Assembly (NCBI GenBank): GCA_977862235.1 | Contig: OZ374560.1 | Span: 992,001 to 1,056,000 of the forward strand | Reading direction: 5' to 3' | DNA from: Dudresnaya verticillata | Taxonomy: Eukaryota | DNA: 64,000 nt | Shown: positions 24,996-38,575 of the stretch, one piece after another | Layout: the number at the start of each line of letters is the position of its first letter | How positions within the stretch are numbered: position 1 is the stretch's first letter | Made by a program: the position numbers and the translations under genes | The notes under the pieces: generated by a model | What the model saw: the letters and a program-made list of their open reading frames with translations, nothing else | Database searches by the model: none | Told to the model about the DNA's origin: nothing

Positions 24996-25410
24996 CAAGT
25001 TCTCAGGGTCGGACCCTTTTTCTACCTTTCCATCGACAGGCCGAATCGAGAAGTCAAGCCATGACGGAGTTTCCGTTGGTTTTCAAGGTTCCAACCTCTC
25101 GAAGGGCAAAACCCTAGTCGTCTTACTGTCGAAGGTTTCTACGCTTCACGTTAAGCTCCAGAGTAGCGTCAAATCTGTGAGCAAGCACACGTTCGTTTTA
25201 CGGTTTTATCCGTTTTTAGAAGTACCCTCTCACGGCGGAGTGACGCCCGGAGTGAGACTACCTCAACAGGTTTTCCGTGCATCCTGAGAAAACACGAAGT
25301 ATAATACGGTTTCTACCGTCGAGGAGCCTGGGAAGAAGTCCCCGCTACCACATCGGCTGAACCGAGAAGAACGTCGTCAGACCGACGATACAGGTCCTGT
25401 TGAAGTCAAG

Positions 25411-28120
25411 ATGCCTACATCTAACGGTGATACAACGCGCCCCGGCTTATCTAGTCGAGGCGTCAGTCGTACAGGCAGTCTGGCCTCCGTAAGAACGGTA
25501 GGCGCCCGCACCCGTGCGGTCGTAACCGCTCTTGCAAACAATCCGGCAACGGAGGGGCTGGGACCCCCGCCCCAAACGACCGGCGTCCCAGCCGAAGAAG
25601 AACCACCTGGCCTGGTAGGGATCAGGTCCCTGACGGAGAAAACACGGTCCGAACGGTTGGAGAAGCCCCGCTGACATCGGAGAGAATGACGGTTCAGGCC
25701 GTAGAATGATGCCGCCGCCCCTGGCGTTAGCCAGTGTTCAAGCTTTGGGCGGACGAGCCCAGGAAGAAGAAACTCCGGCAACCCCGGACGAAGGGTTGCC
25801 AATTCGAACGAAGTATCATTCGTCTGATATCCGCTGCTTCACGGAGCGTGAGATTGGACGAATGGCCGAATTAGGCATCGAGAGATCCTTGACGACGAGC
25901 GTCGTGGTACTGTTGGAAAGCCAAGCCGATGATACCTTTTTAAAGATCAAGAGGTATATTGATGAGGCATCCGCGCGCCGTGATGATCGCCTCCTGGCGA
26001 GGTGTCAGCAAGAGATTGAATCTCGAGGTCGACCAGGTCCTCCCAGAGGATTAGACGAAGAAAGGGTCGAAACCCTGCAGGCGCAAGTGGACTCCCTCGG
26101 GGACCAATTGGATACCGTCCACGAGGAACTACACGCGCTCAACAAGGTCACAGACCTAACAAGAACAGAAGCCGTAATGGCTATACAAGACGCGTAACGG
26201 AACGTGGACGACACAAGGTGTGTCGAACAAGATCGAGCCATCGAGCGCTTACGCAAATATATCGATGGAGAAACACGGAAGGTCGCGTTGCTAGAAGCAA
26301 AGATGAGGCGACTTAATCGTGAACGGGATTTACTCCCTGAAGTCGAAGGACGACGCTCCCCTGTGCCTCGAGCCACCAGGGACCGTCGCAAGACGTCTCC
26401 GCGACGTGACTCGGGAGGGGAGTCTGGAAATGACGACTTTGGTCGTGAGAGGACGGAACACCCTCGGTGTAATTGCCGGGCGACGCACGGTTCCAACGTG
26501 TGCCCCAGCCGGATTGACTCACGTCAAGACCGGTACTCAAGCCGCAAGGCTGAGGATCAACGCCGAAGTAATTCCAACCCCGCTCCGAAACACTCGGATG
26601 AAGATGAACCCACCTCGCAAGGTCTTTCCCGACCGTCCTGGAGCTCTTGGAGAGGACCACGTCGGACGGGACTTAAGTTGTTGGCTCCCCGAAACCCTGC
26701 CTTTGTACGGGTTCTTTCGTACCGACGCTATCGGTTGTTGAATGTCGATTCATATCGAGGACCGGAAGTAACGGAAGCCAAGTCCAAGAAGATTAAACGG
26801 GTTAAATCCGTAATGAGGAGTCGCCGTTTTGATGGGAGTGACCCAGTTTCCATAATTGGCTTTCTGGCCACGTTGAAACGACAGTTGGATCAAGCCCAAG
26901 TCAGTGAAGGCGCTGCCATTCTGGTTATCCCAGAGTTCTTGGAAAAAGACGCTAAGGACATGTTCGAAGCCAATTTCGATGTAGCAGGCGACGACAATGG
27001 GGGTTTCAATGAGTGGCCGGAAGCCATTAATTACCTCCTGCGTACTTACGCAAAGGACGTCTACATCGAGAAGATTTCTGCTGAGATGGACACGATGATT
27101 CAGGAGTCTGATGAGGAAGAGGTTACGTTTTCAAGACGTTTGCAGAATAAAGCGCGAAATATCGCAGGTGTTTACTCAGAGCAAGACCTGATCACACGTT
27201 TTATACGAGGGTTACTACCTGCGGTCAAACCGCTTTGGAGTACGTCATCACTGGACCCTCGCACGGCGCGACTGGCAGACTACGTTGAGCTCGCAACGGC
27301 TCAGGGAGATTCCCACCGAGCCCTTGTGGGTGGTGGACGCTCCAAGAAGAAGAGCTCAATGCTACCCCGAAAACCCCTCTCCAGGGTGAAGACGCACAAG
27401 TCTGGTCGAGCTCTTCTCATTCACCAGAATAGGACGCAGATGTCCTCGGATTCCGATTCATCAAAGATCAGTAGCTCTGACGTGGATAGCGAGTACGCTG
27501 TGATGGCTGCCTTCGACCACGAAGCGCCTCCATCCACGGTGACCCAATCAGACTCGTGGTCTGGGGCACCCAGTGACCAACCACACTATGGTGAAGTGGA
27601 AGCGGTTCTACAGAACTACAACCACCGATTACTTGGATGAGCACAACCAACAAGGACTCAGCGTCCTGGGTGGGTAACAGTCGAAGATGCACCCAATGAC
27701 ATTTGTTTCGAGTGCTATGGCGTGAGCCACAAAAAACCGAATTGCCCATATCTGGCTCGCCCGGATGAACCGTCACTTGAGGCGCTAAAACGCGGACAGT
27801 TTTATCACCTGATGCGCGAGCAGAAGACATGGTTAGCCACCATAGGGCGCCTACCCCAGTTCGCAAACGGATATACCCGTGGGGACCACCGCGACCACGC
27901 ATCGTCAGGACGGGCCAGTGGGCCGCCGCCAGGCAGACATCAACATTTGGGGTCAACCCCAGGCAGGAACGGACATGTCCAATTTAAAGCGGGAATTAAT
28001 GACCCGGTTGACACTCCCAGACACCCACCGTCGGCGCCACGCTCGCCAAGACCAGGGTCACGAACCCTTCCGCCGCCTCCACCGCTTCCGCGGTCGCCTG
28101 ATAGCAGGGCGAAAAAATAG
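25411..28120 (+). pseudogene. gag: Gypsy B gag, fragmented
   Basis: YRRYRL, FDGSDPVSIIGFL, WPEAINYLLRTYA (matches Gypsy A gag); coiled-coil-like N-terminal part; zinc knuckle CFECYGVSHKKPNC near 27705. Confidence 0.88.
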
Positions 28121-31100
28121 CTAGGGGGGAACCGGTTTCGGTTCACTGGGCAAACCCCAGTCGTATCGGAACCCCCCAATCGTTCAGAGGGATGTGACTT
28201 CTTAAGCGTCTCCTCTACCGACCGATCGGTGTCGCGGGAAACCCCACCTTCGCTTCCAAAGAAGATTTTAGAACGCCCCGTGGGCCTACCGCCCGGGTAT
28301 ACGTATCATGAGTATGTTAAGGACCCCGTTTGCTCTCTTTCGAGATACAAATATAAAGTTGTCGCGTCCGTGGGGACTTCTGTTGAGAAACGTACTCAAG
28401 TGCTATCAGTCTTAGACACTGGGGCGGGCCCAAACCTCATCCGAGCCGACGTTCTCTCTTTTGAAGAACGGAAGAAGGTATCTTCGACCCGATCGATCGT
28501 GAATTTGACATCCGCGTCAAGTCACCGCTTAACAACTATGGGAATGATCTCCCTGCCCGTCAGAATTGGCTCCTACACGGTACGACAACCGTTCGTCGTA
28601 GTCAAGGCATTAGCCGTTGAAATGATCTTAGGATGTACCTTTATCGATACCCATGTCGAAGCGTTGCGTGTACGCAAACAAACCATCGCGCTACGGGACG
28701 GCTCGATACACCCGATTCTACGACGCCGGTGCGGTATCCCGAGAGCCACGAACTCTGGCGAGCCCATGGAGGTCCCTCCCCTACCCAACTCGCGACTCGT
28801 GAGAGTTGCCCAAACAACTAACTTACTACCCGGTTCAGAAACCTGGATCTCCGTCACGTGCACGGCCAAAGGAACGCACTTCCTAGATTCGTTCCAATGT
28901 CTATACGACCGTCAACAAGTGATCATTACGAATGGCATCGTCACACTCCAAGAGAACGTTCTCTTCCGGGTCAAGGTTGCCAACTTTTCTTCCCGCACAC
29001 AACGGTTGAACAAACACCAAGTGATTGGTCGCGCAGTTCCCGCTCCCACGGCCACGCCTGTATATTCGGTTTCCATCGACGACGTCTGCGAGGATAAAGT
29101 CTCACAACAAAAGGGCACGAATCCTCACACGGAGACATCCTTCGATGTAGGGGGGCAGGGCTGGCTGCTGCTCTTGGCGTGACCAATTCCAAACCGGGCG
29201 TTACAACCGCCGCTGAGAAGCTAACAGTCGATGACTTAGCCCTGGAACACCTCTCTACGTCTGAAAGACGTCTCGTGCGCAAGATGTTGCGACCCTTCGC
29301 AGATATGTGGAACGGGAAGCTCGGGACCATAAAGGTCACGGAGCATCGCATCAATCTCACTGACGGGGCAAAACCCGTGTTTGCACAACCATATCGGTCT
29401 GGACCGAAGGCGCGACAAGCGGAGCAAGATGAAGTCGACAAGATGTTGAAGGAAGGTGTCATAGAGCCAGCGCGTTCTGAGCTCGCAAGTCCAGTGGTAC
29501 TGGTGAAGAAGCCAGACGGATACCTCCGTTTCTGTGTTAATTACAGAAAGCTTAACGCGATAACCATCAAGGATTCTTACCCTCTCCCGCGAATGGACGA
29601 GTGCTTAGACTCGTTGGGCGACGCCCAATATTTTACAACCCTTGATTGAAATTCAGGGTACTGGCAGATACCAGTCGCGGCGGAGGATAAGCCAAAGACC
29701 GCTTTTACCTTTCATGCAGGTTGCTTTCAGTTCTGCCGAATGCCATTCGGTCTGTGCAACGCACCAGCAACGTTTGAACGAACAGTTGAGATTTTATTAT
29801 CGGGATTCCTATGGGAGTCTTGTCTCGTCTACTTGGACGACATCATAGTCTTCTCTAAGAGTGTCACCGAACACTTAGGCCACGTTCAAGAGATCCTCTC
29901 TGTTTTGAAGGAAGCGGGTGTGTCGCTCAAGTTGAAGAAGTGTAATTTCTTCACAAAAAGCGTGGACTACCTCGGACACGTGATCCGACCTGGTCTCCTG
30001 GAGGTAGGTACCAAGAATACACAAGCCATCGAAGGCTTCAAGGAACCTACGACGCAAACGCAACTACGGTCGTTCATTGGGCTATGCAACGTCTATCGAC
30101 GTTTTGTACCGAACTTGGCACGCGTAGCGTCTCCGCTAAATAGGCTCCTACAGAAGGACGTTGGTTTCGAACTACCTCCATTCGATGAACGGCAACGCGA
30201 AGCTTTCGCTTTACTGAAGAAAGCCCTCATCGCGCCGCCAATCCTCCGACTTCCTAAGGAAGACAGACCCCTTTCCGTCGATACCGACGCGTGTGACTAC
30301 CAAATAGGGTGCGCTCTAATGCAAATGGAACCCGACGGGACTCGACACCCTATTGGCTTTTGGAGTCGGGGGCTAACACCAGCAGAACGGAATTACTCCG
30401 TCGGCGAGAAGGAATGCCTCGCTGTAGTCTGGGCTACAAAAATGCTCAGACCATATTTGGAAAGGTCTCATTTGGACCCCTACACCGACCATCAGGCTCT
30501 CAAATGGATGATGAGCATGACGAACGCGTCCGGACGCCTAGCGCGATGGCGCTTGCGTCTCTTAGAGTATGACTTCACGGTTCAATACCGTAAGGGAAAG
30601 AAAAATCAGATTGCTGACGCTGTCTCACGTTTACCTACCTATGGGTTTACTAAGTGGGAACCGGATCTCGAGATCCCCTGCTTCATAATCGCTGATAGCG
30701 ATGGGGAAGATCCCCCTGACCCTTCAGCGAATGAAAAATCGCGAGCCAACACCAGGTCGCGACCTTTGGAAGAATGGGAGATGGAACCCGAAGACAATTC
30801 GTTCGAGTCGGGTCTCGAGGACGAGCAATTGATAGCTAACGTGGCTGAAAAGGAAATGGACGAGAAGAGTCTTTCACTCCTCACAATAGAGGAACTTCTT
30901 CGCGCCCAACGAACAGACGAATTCTGTAGGGGTATCCGATTAGCCATCGAAGCGGGAAAACCGGGATGTTATCTGGAAGACGAACGCGGACTCCTAGTCC
31001 GAAGGTCTTACATTGACCGAGCCTTACAGATAGTCATACCTAGAGTTATTCAGGAGAGAGTCCTACATCTTGCGCACTACCCGGATATGGCTGGCCATCC

Positions 31101-32716
31101 TGGTGGCACACGGATGTACCACAGCTTGAGAAGGCAAGTGTATTGGCCAGACATGGCCCTTGCCGTTTACTCGACAGTGCGTAACTGTGTCAAGTGCGCG
31201 ATGGAACGAGTCCAGTTGAGGAAACATACTTCGCACATGAAGTTATTTCCGGCTACTATGCCGCTCGAATTCCTAGGAATTGATATCTTGGGCCCGTTGC
31301 CGCGATGAAGCAAAGGGAACGAGCATCTTCTCGTCATCACCGATCGTTTCTCGAAACTTACACGGGTAGTCCCGTTGAAGACGGTAACGGCTTATACCGT
31401 AGCGAGAGCATTCTGCGAACACTGGGTGTATATATACAGGCCACCCCGTTACGTTTTGTCCGACAATGGATCGCAGTTTGCTTCTAAGTTCTTTATTGCC
31501 GTCTGCGGCATCCTCCGTATTCGGAATATGTTCACCTCTACATATCATCCGCAGACCAATGGTCAGACCGAGAGGTTCAACCGCACCCTTCTAGCAGGGT
31601 TGAGACACTTCATCGCAGATGATCAAAAAGGTTGGGACGAGTTCACGTCGGCACTAACGTACGCGTATAATACGACCGTTCATCGTGCTACGGGATTCGC
31701 GCCCGTTGACTTGGTTCTATCCAACCCACCGACTTCCATCCTCATGGAGAAAGCTGAAACGGTCGACGTGGCTAACGCACCTGCGACTAATTTAAAGAAG
31801 CGGCTGACCGCTAGACTTGAGAAGCTGATGGATACAGCGTTGCCTCGGCAAAAATTAGCGCAACGTCGCTACGAAGCTAACTTCAACAACCGCATGCGTC
31901 TGAGCAATCAGAAGATACGCCCGGGGCAATGGGTCTTTCTCGAAAGAGAAACTAAGATGAAAGACACTAGAGGCGTAGCGCGAGAAGGAAAACTTTCCCA
32001 AAGGCTCTGGGGCCTTATAAGTTCCTCGAGAGAGGAACGCACACAGTCTTGCTTGAAGTCAAGGGCGAGCGAGAGTCAATCTCGTTGGACCGCGTGACCT
32101 TGGCGCCCTCGCCAGACGAAGAGCTCGGAGCTCTAGGACAGGACTCCACGATAGTTGGTGAAGCACCAGAAGCTGGAAATCATATGTAACCACCTTCTGG
32201 GCCAGAGCCCACTGATGAATCTCCCACTGAAGGGGCAAGAAGAAAGCAAGATGAGGAACGCTCAAGAAAGGCCGTTGGACCCGCAAATGCGACGACTGTC
32301 CCCCTCCATTAATTGGAAACACAGACAATATCGATAACACCGTGGGCCCGGTTTCTCCCAACATACCCCCTACAGAGGTACCTGTTTCCCTATCGCAAGG
32401 CGGTAACGCCCCACAACTCTTACAGGAGTCAAATCCACCTGCCGCTCCGACGGCAACGCCGGCGATTGAGGACAATGTGACGGCGCCTCGCCGTAAGTTT
32501 TCCCGCTATAAGAAAGCACCCCCACGTGAGTTCGTGTATGACAAAATCGTCGACTATGACGCCGATACCCATAAGTACCGTATCCGGTGGTTCCAATGCC
32601 CAGCGTCGCAAGACACCTGGGAGCCAAAGAGTCACCTCCCTGAAAATTTAGTCAAACGGTATCACCGTTCCAAGAAGATCCTCCTTCCAGGAGTAACTGC
32701 CGACGCAGTGGCTTAA
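28121..32716 (+). pseudogene. pol: Gypsy B pol (protease, RT, RNase H, integrase, chromodomain) with stops and frameshifts
   Basis: VLDTGAGPN; LRFCVNYRKLN, MPFGLCNAPATF, VYLDD; DTDACDY; GHPGG, CVKC; SDNGSQF, YHPQTNGQTERFN; EFVYDKIV...YRIRWFQCPASQDTWEP. Confidence 0.96.
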
Positions 32717-32949
32717 TCGATAGGCGAAGACGTGGCGTCTCGGGAAAACACAGCCCTAGGGCTCTACAGAAAGAGGCTGTCGGCTTAGAATAGAAAATGA
32801 GGAGCCAATCTCCTGCGGCAAGGGCTGGGTTGCTTGTTGAAGCTGTCTTTATATGAAGCGTGCGTGCTCCGCGGAGCACACGGAAGTTATCTGAAACGTG
32901 AAACACGTATGCTGATGAAGAGAAAGTTGACACCTTGGTTGGGTTAGAA

Positions 32950-33070
32950 GATATGGATAGATGAACGAAGATTCAAGATATGGATAGAAGACATGGATAG
33001 ATGTGGATAGATGTACAGAAGGTCCAAGACCTGGGATAGATGAGATCAAGGGAAATCTGGACATGGGTAG
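32950..33070 (+). repeat. Short degenerate array of (A)TGGATAG motifs in the Gypsy B spacer
   Basis: ATATGGATAG twice, ACATGGATAG, ATGTGGATAG, TGGGATAG, ACATGGGTAG. Confidence 0.7.
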
Positions 33071-34036
33071 AACCCTGTAATAACAAGACTTGAGCCAACG
33101 CTCACATGTATAGAAAGAAATACTGCCCCCGGTAGGAAGGAAGCCTTATGCTAATATGGTATTAAGTTATGGGGAGAGGCTGCAGCCACTCATGGATTGA
33201 AACCCAGAAGTGAGGATCTGTCCTCATGTTGGACACCCCCACCACTGCAATAATCGTGATGGGAATCCACGAAACTACACTCGTCTGCCCTAGCAGAGTT
33301 TCTATAACTTTGTCGCCATTACGAGGCCGTCGCGGGTGACGCTCATTACCATGGAGAAGTCGCTTCACCATAACGGTGACCTGCCTGCAGCAGCTGTGGC
33401 ACAAACACCCTCGTCGACGACGATTAGGGGATCAACATCGATGTTAACGACCCTCTTCGAGGGAAAGGACGGTGTGTTGCTCCAGACGCTTTAGAGGCGA
33501 ATTGACCTGCAAATCAGCTATGGCTGAAGAGCCCCTACATCGGTTGGCGCCAACAAGAGCGCAGCTCTACAGTATGTTTTTGTCTACTGTAGATTCGCCT
33601 CTATCATTGTTGGCATTAAATTATTTGGCGAAGCGCCAAGGGAGGCGGATTGACTCACGAATCACAATCGTTTGGCACCACAATCCACGGGACTCCCCCT
33701 ACATCCCGGGCTCTCGCCACCAACTCCCTTGAGGAGTATGCCGCGCAAGTGCGCGCGACCCCCCTCCGAGTGTGAAGGACTTAGACAAGAAAAGGCGCGA
33801 CGGCCTTGAGTTAAGGCAGTCACTCGACGAACGTCGACGGGGGCTCCTTCGGAGCCTAGTCGCAGAGGCGTGTTATTGAGGGCCACCTCAGTGGCTTGCT
33901 CTACTTACGGAAATCGGCTATACCGAAGTGACACAATCAACAACATGTCACTTTACTTCAGCGGATAAGCCGCTCTTGCCCAAGTGTGGCGAATTACGTG
34001 GCTCACGAGCCATTACTCGAAGAAGGAAAACTTCGG

Positions 34037-36518
34037 CTAATCCGATAACAGGTCAATAACCTCATCCTCAACCAACGGAGGATTCGGCTTGGGTGCCGAG
34101 TGAGATACGACGACACGTCGCACGTCGCGCACGACGTGACGACTTTCCCCTCCGCGACGCAGACCACGACCACGCCGACTCCCCTCTAACTCGTTTAACG
34201 CACGGCGACTGGCCGTTGGCTGGTCCACTTCCATGGCATCAACGCCATCAGTCTGGCTACCCTATACGAGTGGGGCTACTTCGTCTTCTTCCTTAACAAC
34301 GAGCTCAGTCTTCACGACGACGGCATCTTGAGGGGCCACGCTAGACTCGCCAACAGTGGGCGAAAGCCCAGTCTCGATATTCGCAGGCTTCTCGCTCTCT
34401 TGGCCGGTGCCACTTGGTTTAACCACCAGGGCGTCACACTTAGAACGACTAGCATCGGGCTGGCCCCGAGAATCATCTCGGGGAGAGATCGTGTTGAGAA
34501 ACTCGCCAGTAGCGACGAAGCCAGACATGTGCGTCGTAGGAGCAGCCGGCGCCATCGTCGATGATGAGGCGCCCGCTGTATTGATCGACTTGGGAGCCGA
34601 GTGGGATATGTCCGTCCCATGACTGGCCGAAGGTGCCTCAGCTGACTCTTCACGAGGAACCACCGAGGTGTCACCACCTGTCACAGCGCGTGGATCCAAA
34701 CCCTCGACCTTAGCCGATTCCTTCTTCACTCGCGGCGTCGCAGAGTGGCCAACGCCCAAACGCGGTCTGATGTCAACATCATCGGGGTATGCCTTCAAGG
34801 GCGGGAACCTTGACAAGTGGGCACGAAGTTTCTCTAAACGCTCCACAGGACCCGGAGTCCTCATCCAATTGGACTCATAGTCCACCATAACCTCCTCGAC
34901 CTAGCCGGCGAGGCTATTAACGGTGAGATTCCGTAGTTCCCAATGCACCGCGAGGCGGATAACCAACCCTCGTATGTTGAAGACGTCACGCAAGACGTGA
35001 TTGGCCTTACCGTGGCCAGTTGACGCCGGCGCGTACGGACCTTGAGACTGACCATCGACAGTGTCGTCGAATGACGGGACGTCCCCTGGAGTCTCCGGAC
35101 CGGGGTCCTGCCAACTGGCGCTCACCCACCCGTGAGTCACACCGGTGATGCGGGTTCCCTCATCCAAGACCAGGGGTCTCTCCTCTGTCGGCTCAGGCTG
35201 AATCAAGAAGTCCGGCAACACCGGATGCCAATCTTCTGGGTCAAATTCCACCCAATCTCCTCGGTCATATAGAGGAGTGAGATGACCGGTGTTCTCCGGT
35301 AGATGACGATTCCGTTTGGAGATTCGGCTCCACCGAATGCGGTCTATAAAGACCAAAAGGGCCTTCAAGTCCTCTGCATCATTGGCGTCCGCCGACAGAT
35401 TGTCGATACCCATCTCCTTTATGGCAGCGCGAAGGGGCTGGTTGATGAAATACAGCACCCCATGACGGGCCTCATAGACGAGAGTCTGAGCGACTAAGAC
35501 GATCCACTCGTGTCGAAAAAGACTCCAAAGGACACTCTCGTCCATGGCTCGCGCCACCATGTTCAACCCGAAGTAAGCCACAATAGTGGGTGTTCCGACG
35601 GGCATAGAGTATGACACTTCGTACGACGCATGGTCGTCAGGGATCTGAGGGTACTTCGCCCTATAATATTCTGGTTTGATGGCAGCCACTTCTTGACAGT
35701 GACACGGGATGAGGCACCCCGTCTTGTGGCGCTGACGTCGCTCGAAACGCGAATACGCTAATGGCTTGGCCGTTTGGGGATTGTCAAGGGCGTACTTGAG
35801 ATTCGTGGACTCATCCCCGCGAACTATGCGGGCTAACGTATACGGGTAATTATCCCGGCCCTTCCGAATCAGCGGACGAGCGTGGTTGACCATACGCAGG
35901 TCCCACCCTCCACGCGAGTGGATTTCACGCAACATCTCCAAGTGGTAGTTTAGATTCCCCGCCACGCTGTTCGTGAAGAACACCTCATGCCTGAATCGCA
36001 CATATGCGAGATCCCACAGATAGCATGACGCCTCTCCCTGAAGGCCGGGAACGAAACGGTTTGTGCCGGTCAACATCTCAACCCGCGCACGGCTCACGCT
36101 GTTCCACATCCGGCTTTGCGCCACGCGTCCACCGCGTCGTTGGATATCTTCCCGACCAGCCCCAGCACGGGTTTTGATATGTGCCAGGTCGGTACGGACC
36201 AACCAGTCGCGACTGTGCTTGATGGCCATCGGCACGCCCGCCGAATCCACTTCGTGGCCGAGGACGCTCGCGCTAGATCCAACCTCCCCATACGCAAGGC
36301 CGGAGTTATTCATCACAGAGATGAGCGCGCGACAACGTTCCGAGACGTGGCACGTTTCTTGGACCGCGAGTGGGGTAGTCCCCCAGATATTCTTCTAAGG
36401 CACGGAGGCCTTGTCTTCGGTATCCGCGTCGGCTCCAGAGCCGAACCCTAAGGTGGCGAGCGCGACCTGAAAATACTTCTAAATCGCGGAGGCCTTTCTT
36501 GAAATACGTCGGCTCCAA
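34037..36518 (-). pseudogene. Antisense accessory ORF of Gypsy B, unknown function (about 825 codons reconstructed)
   Basis: ORFs 36316-34901, 34888-34262 and 34234-34037 share one frame, separated by single stops; the probable N-terminus 36518-36306 needs a frameshift. The core aligns by eye with the Gypsy A extra ORF. Confidence 0.75.
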
Positions 36519-37081
36519 AGCCGATCGTCAGAAAGGCGAGCGCGACCTGAATCGCTCGAGCGATGCTTCTGGGCGAAACGACGCCAGTCGTCGACGCACG
36601 CGTTTTTGCCACGATACAAAGGTGAAACGCTCCCGTGCGCTGCGCAGCACTGCAGGAAGACGCGCCAAAACACGGCGCGAGTCGTTGCGAAGTGGCTAGG
36701 GTGAAGGGGGGAGGAAGTGCGATGAAGGAAGCGGGCAGACTCGCGGGAGTGTTGAGGTTGCGAGCCGAGTCGGTGGATGACCGAGAGCGCGAAAGGGTCT
36801 AGGCGGCTCTGCGCCGAGTTTGAAATAGACGCCCTGTCAGGCGCGTCTATTTCAAACTCTTGTCGATCCCAGTCGTGGCGCCACATACGAGCCACCGACG
36901 ACGGTCTCCCCGGCTGCTCTGGCGCATGCGCCGAAGACCGTTGGAGGATGCTTCTAGAACCCCGGAAACCCCGCGCTTGGCTGGGCCAATCTTTCGACGA
37001 GATTTCAGATCTCCACGGTCGGAACCGTTGGAAACAGCATTGCAGTACTGAGCGGGGTCGCTCAGTTTTAAGAGGGGGCCG

Positions 37082-37705
37082 TGTGGAATAATGAGCGCCC
37101 GAGCGCTGTAAGCACACACGTGTACAGACGACGCCTGTAAGGCGTGAGGCGCCCGAGGGTGCGATGGTTGAGATGGCTGAGTATCATTGGTTGATTAATC
37201 CTGGTCACCCATATTTTTGGCATTGCGCGCCAGACAGCAGCGCGCCTGTACCTCGTAGTGGTACTACCACTCATTCCTATCATTGGATTGTAATCCACCA
37301 TTTAGTGTACAGTATTAGGTAACTGTCGGTATTATAACTCTAACATAGAGTGGGTAGCATTTCCGGCTTCCCGCCGTATTTATTGGGCCCCTGAGTAGCA
37401 GGGGCCCCGCACTAAACCGGCAGCGGTGTGTACTTTGGGCTGTACCCATTTTCTGGTCTTCCTACGGTGCCACCGTTGTTCCCTTGCCTTGGGCGTTTAC
37501 AAGCCCTATCGTGTACGACGATTGCTCTACGCTGTAGGGTTGGCCTTCCCTTTTCTTTGTTCCTGGGTATTACAACCATTACAAGTCTCTACGACACCCC
37601 TTTTCCCTTTTCCTTTGAGCTACCGCCCACCGTGTGTGTTTGTCCCCAGGACAGCTGTCGCGCCGTTTTATCGCCGACTACCTGGCCGAGGGCCATTCTA
37701 CTACA
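37082..37705 (+). repeat. 3' LTR of Gypsy B
   Basis: Direct repeat of 24353-24976 with about 4 substitutions seen by eye. Confidence 0.97.
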
Positions 37706-38575
37706 CACGCGTGAAGCGCACTAGCTCACTGTTGTAGAATGGAAAATGGACAGGAAAACATGCATTTACTGAGAGTACAACCTCTCCACAAACGCGCGGG
37801 TTGCGTACCTGGGAGTTCGAAAGCGTCCCTTGACACCCATTACAAAGTCGGTGACTTGTCCTCTAACCCGTCCCCCGAGCGGCGACTGAATGCTATGGTG
37901 GGGCGGGGGTCCGACGGGCCGAGGTCCATTTGGCTCTGTACCGGCACGACGGAGCCCATCGAGGGCGACAACGCTTATTCACCAAGGCGTTACTCCTTCT
38001 TTGTGGCGGTAGTTTTTGTTCTTCAGGTTGTTCGTTGGCCGGGAAGAGGGGGGGGAGGGGGGTCCTACTGCAGTTTATGCAGCAAAACATGGTCGCACTT
38101 TGTGCTTACGGAAGCGAGCGAGTGCCTCGTTTTGATTCTATGGCACTCACAGATTTCGAGCTGTCGGTGCTGGCAAGGAGAGCCGAGCAACAAAGCGGAA
38201 TGGAATGCTCATCCGCACCGCCGGTCACACAGCGTCCACCGCACTGACCGTGCCGCTGGCTCACTTGCACCGAGGCCGCGGGTATGTCTCCCACGGGGTT
38301 CCGGTCCGTGGTCAGAGAGTAAGTGAGATTGCCAGAGATCCAGGCACCACGAATGGGCGAACGAGCGGGCGATGCCGCACGTTCGCGCTCACACACCGAC
38401 AAGGCCGACCGAACCAAGAGCAGCCTCATTGTTCCCAGCGCCGCACGGCGCCGTGTGCGGTGCGGTACCTCCTTGCGTTTTTTCCATCACGTCACGCCTT
38501 ATTAAAGAATTTACGCACATGGAACTTCACATAGCATTCATAAATTATTCACAATGCCGCAAAGCTACAAATATC

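Larger units (their letters stand above)
24353..37705 (+). mobile_element. Full-length Ty3/Gypsy chromovirus-type LTR retrotransposon B (13.35 kb) with an antisense extra ORF
   Basis: 624-bp LTRs, perfect TSD CACGC (24348-24352 and 37706-37710), PBS, PPT AAGAGGGGG at about 37070, gag-pol-chromodomain. Confidence 0.97.
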
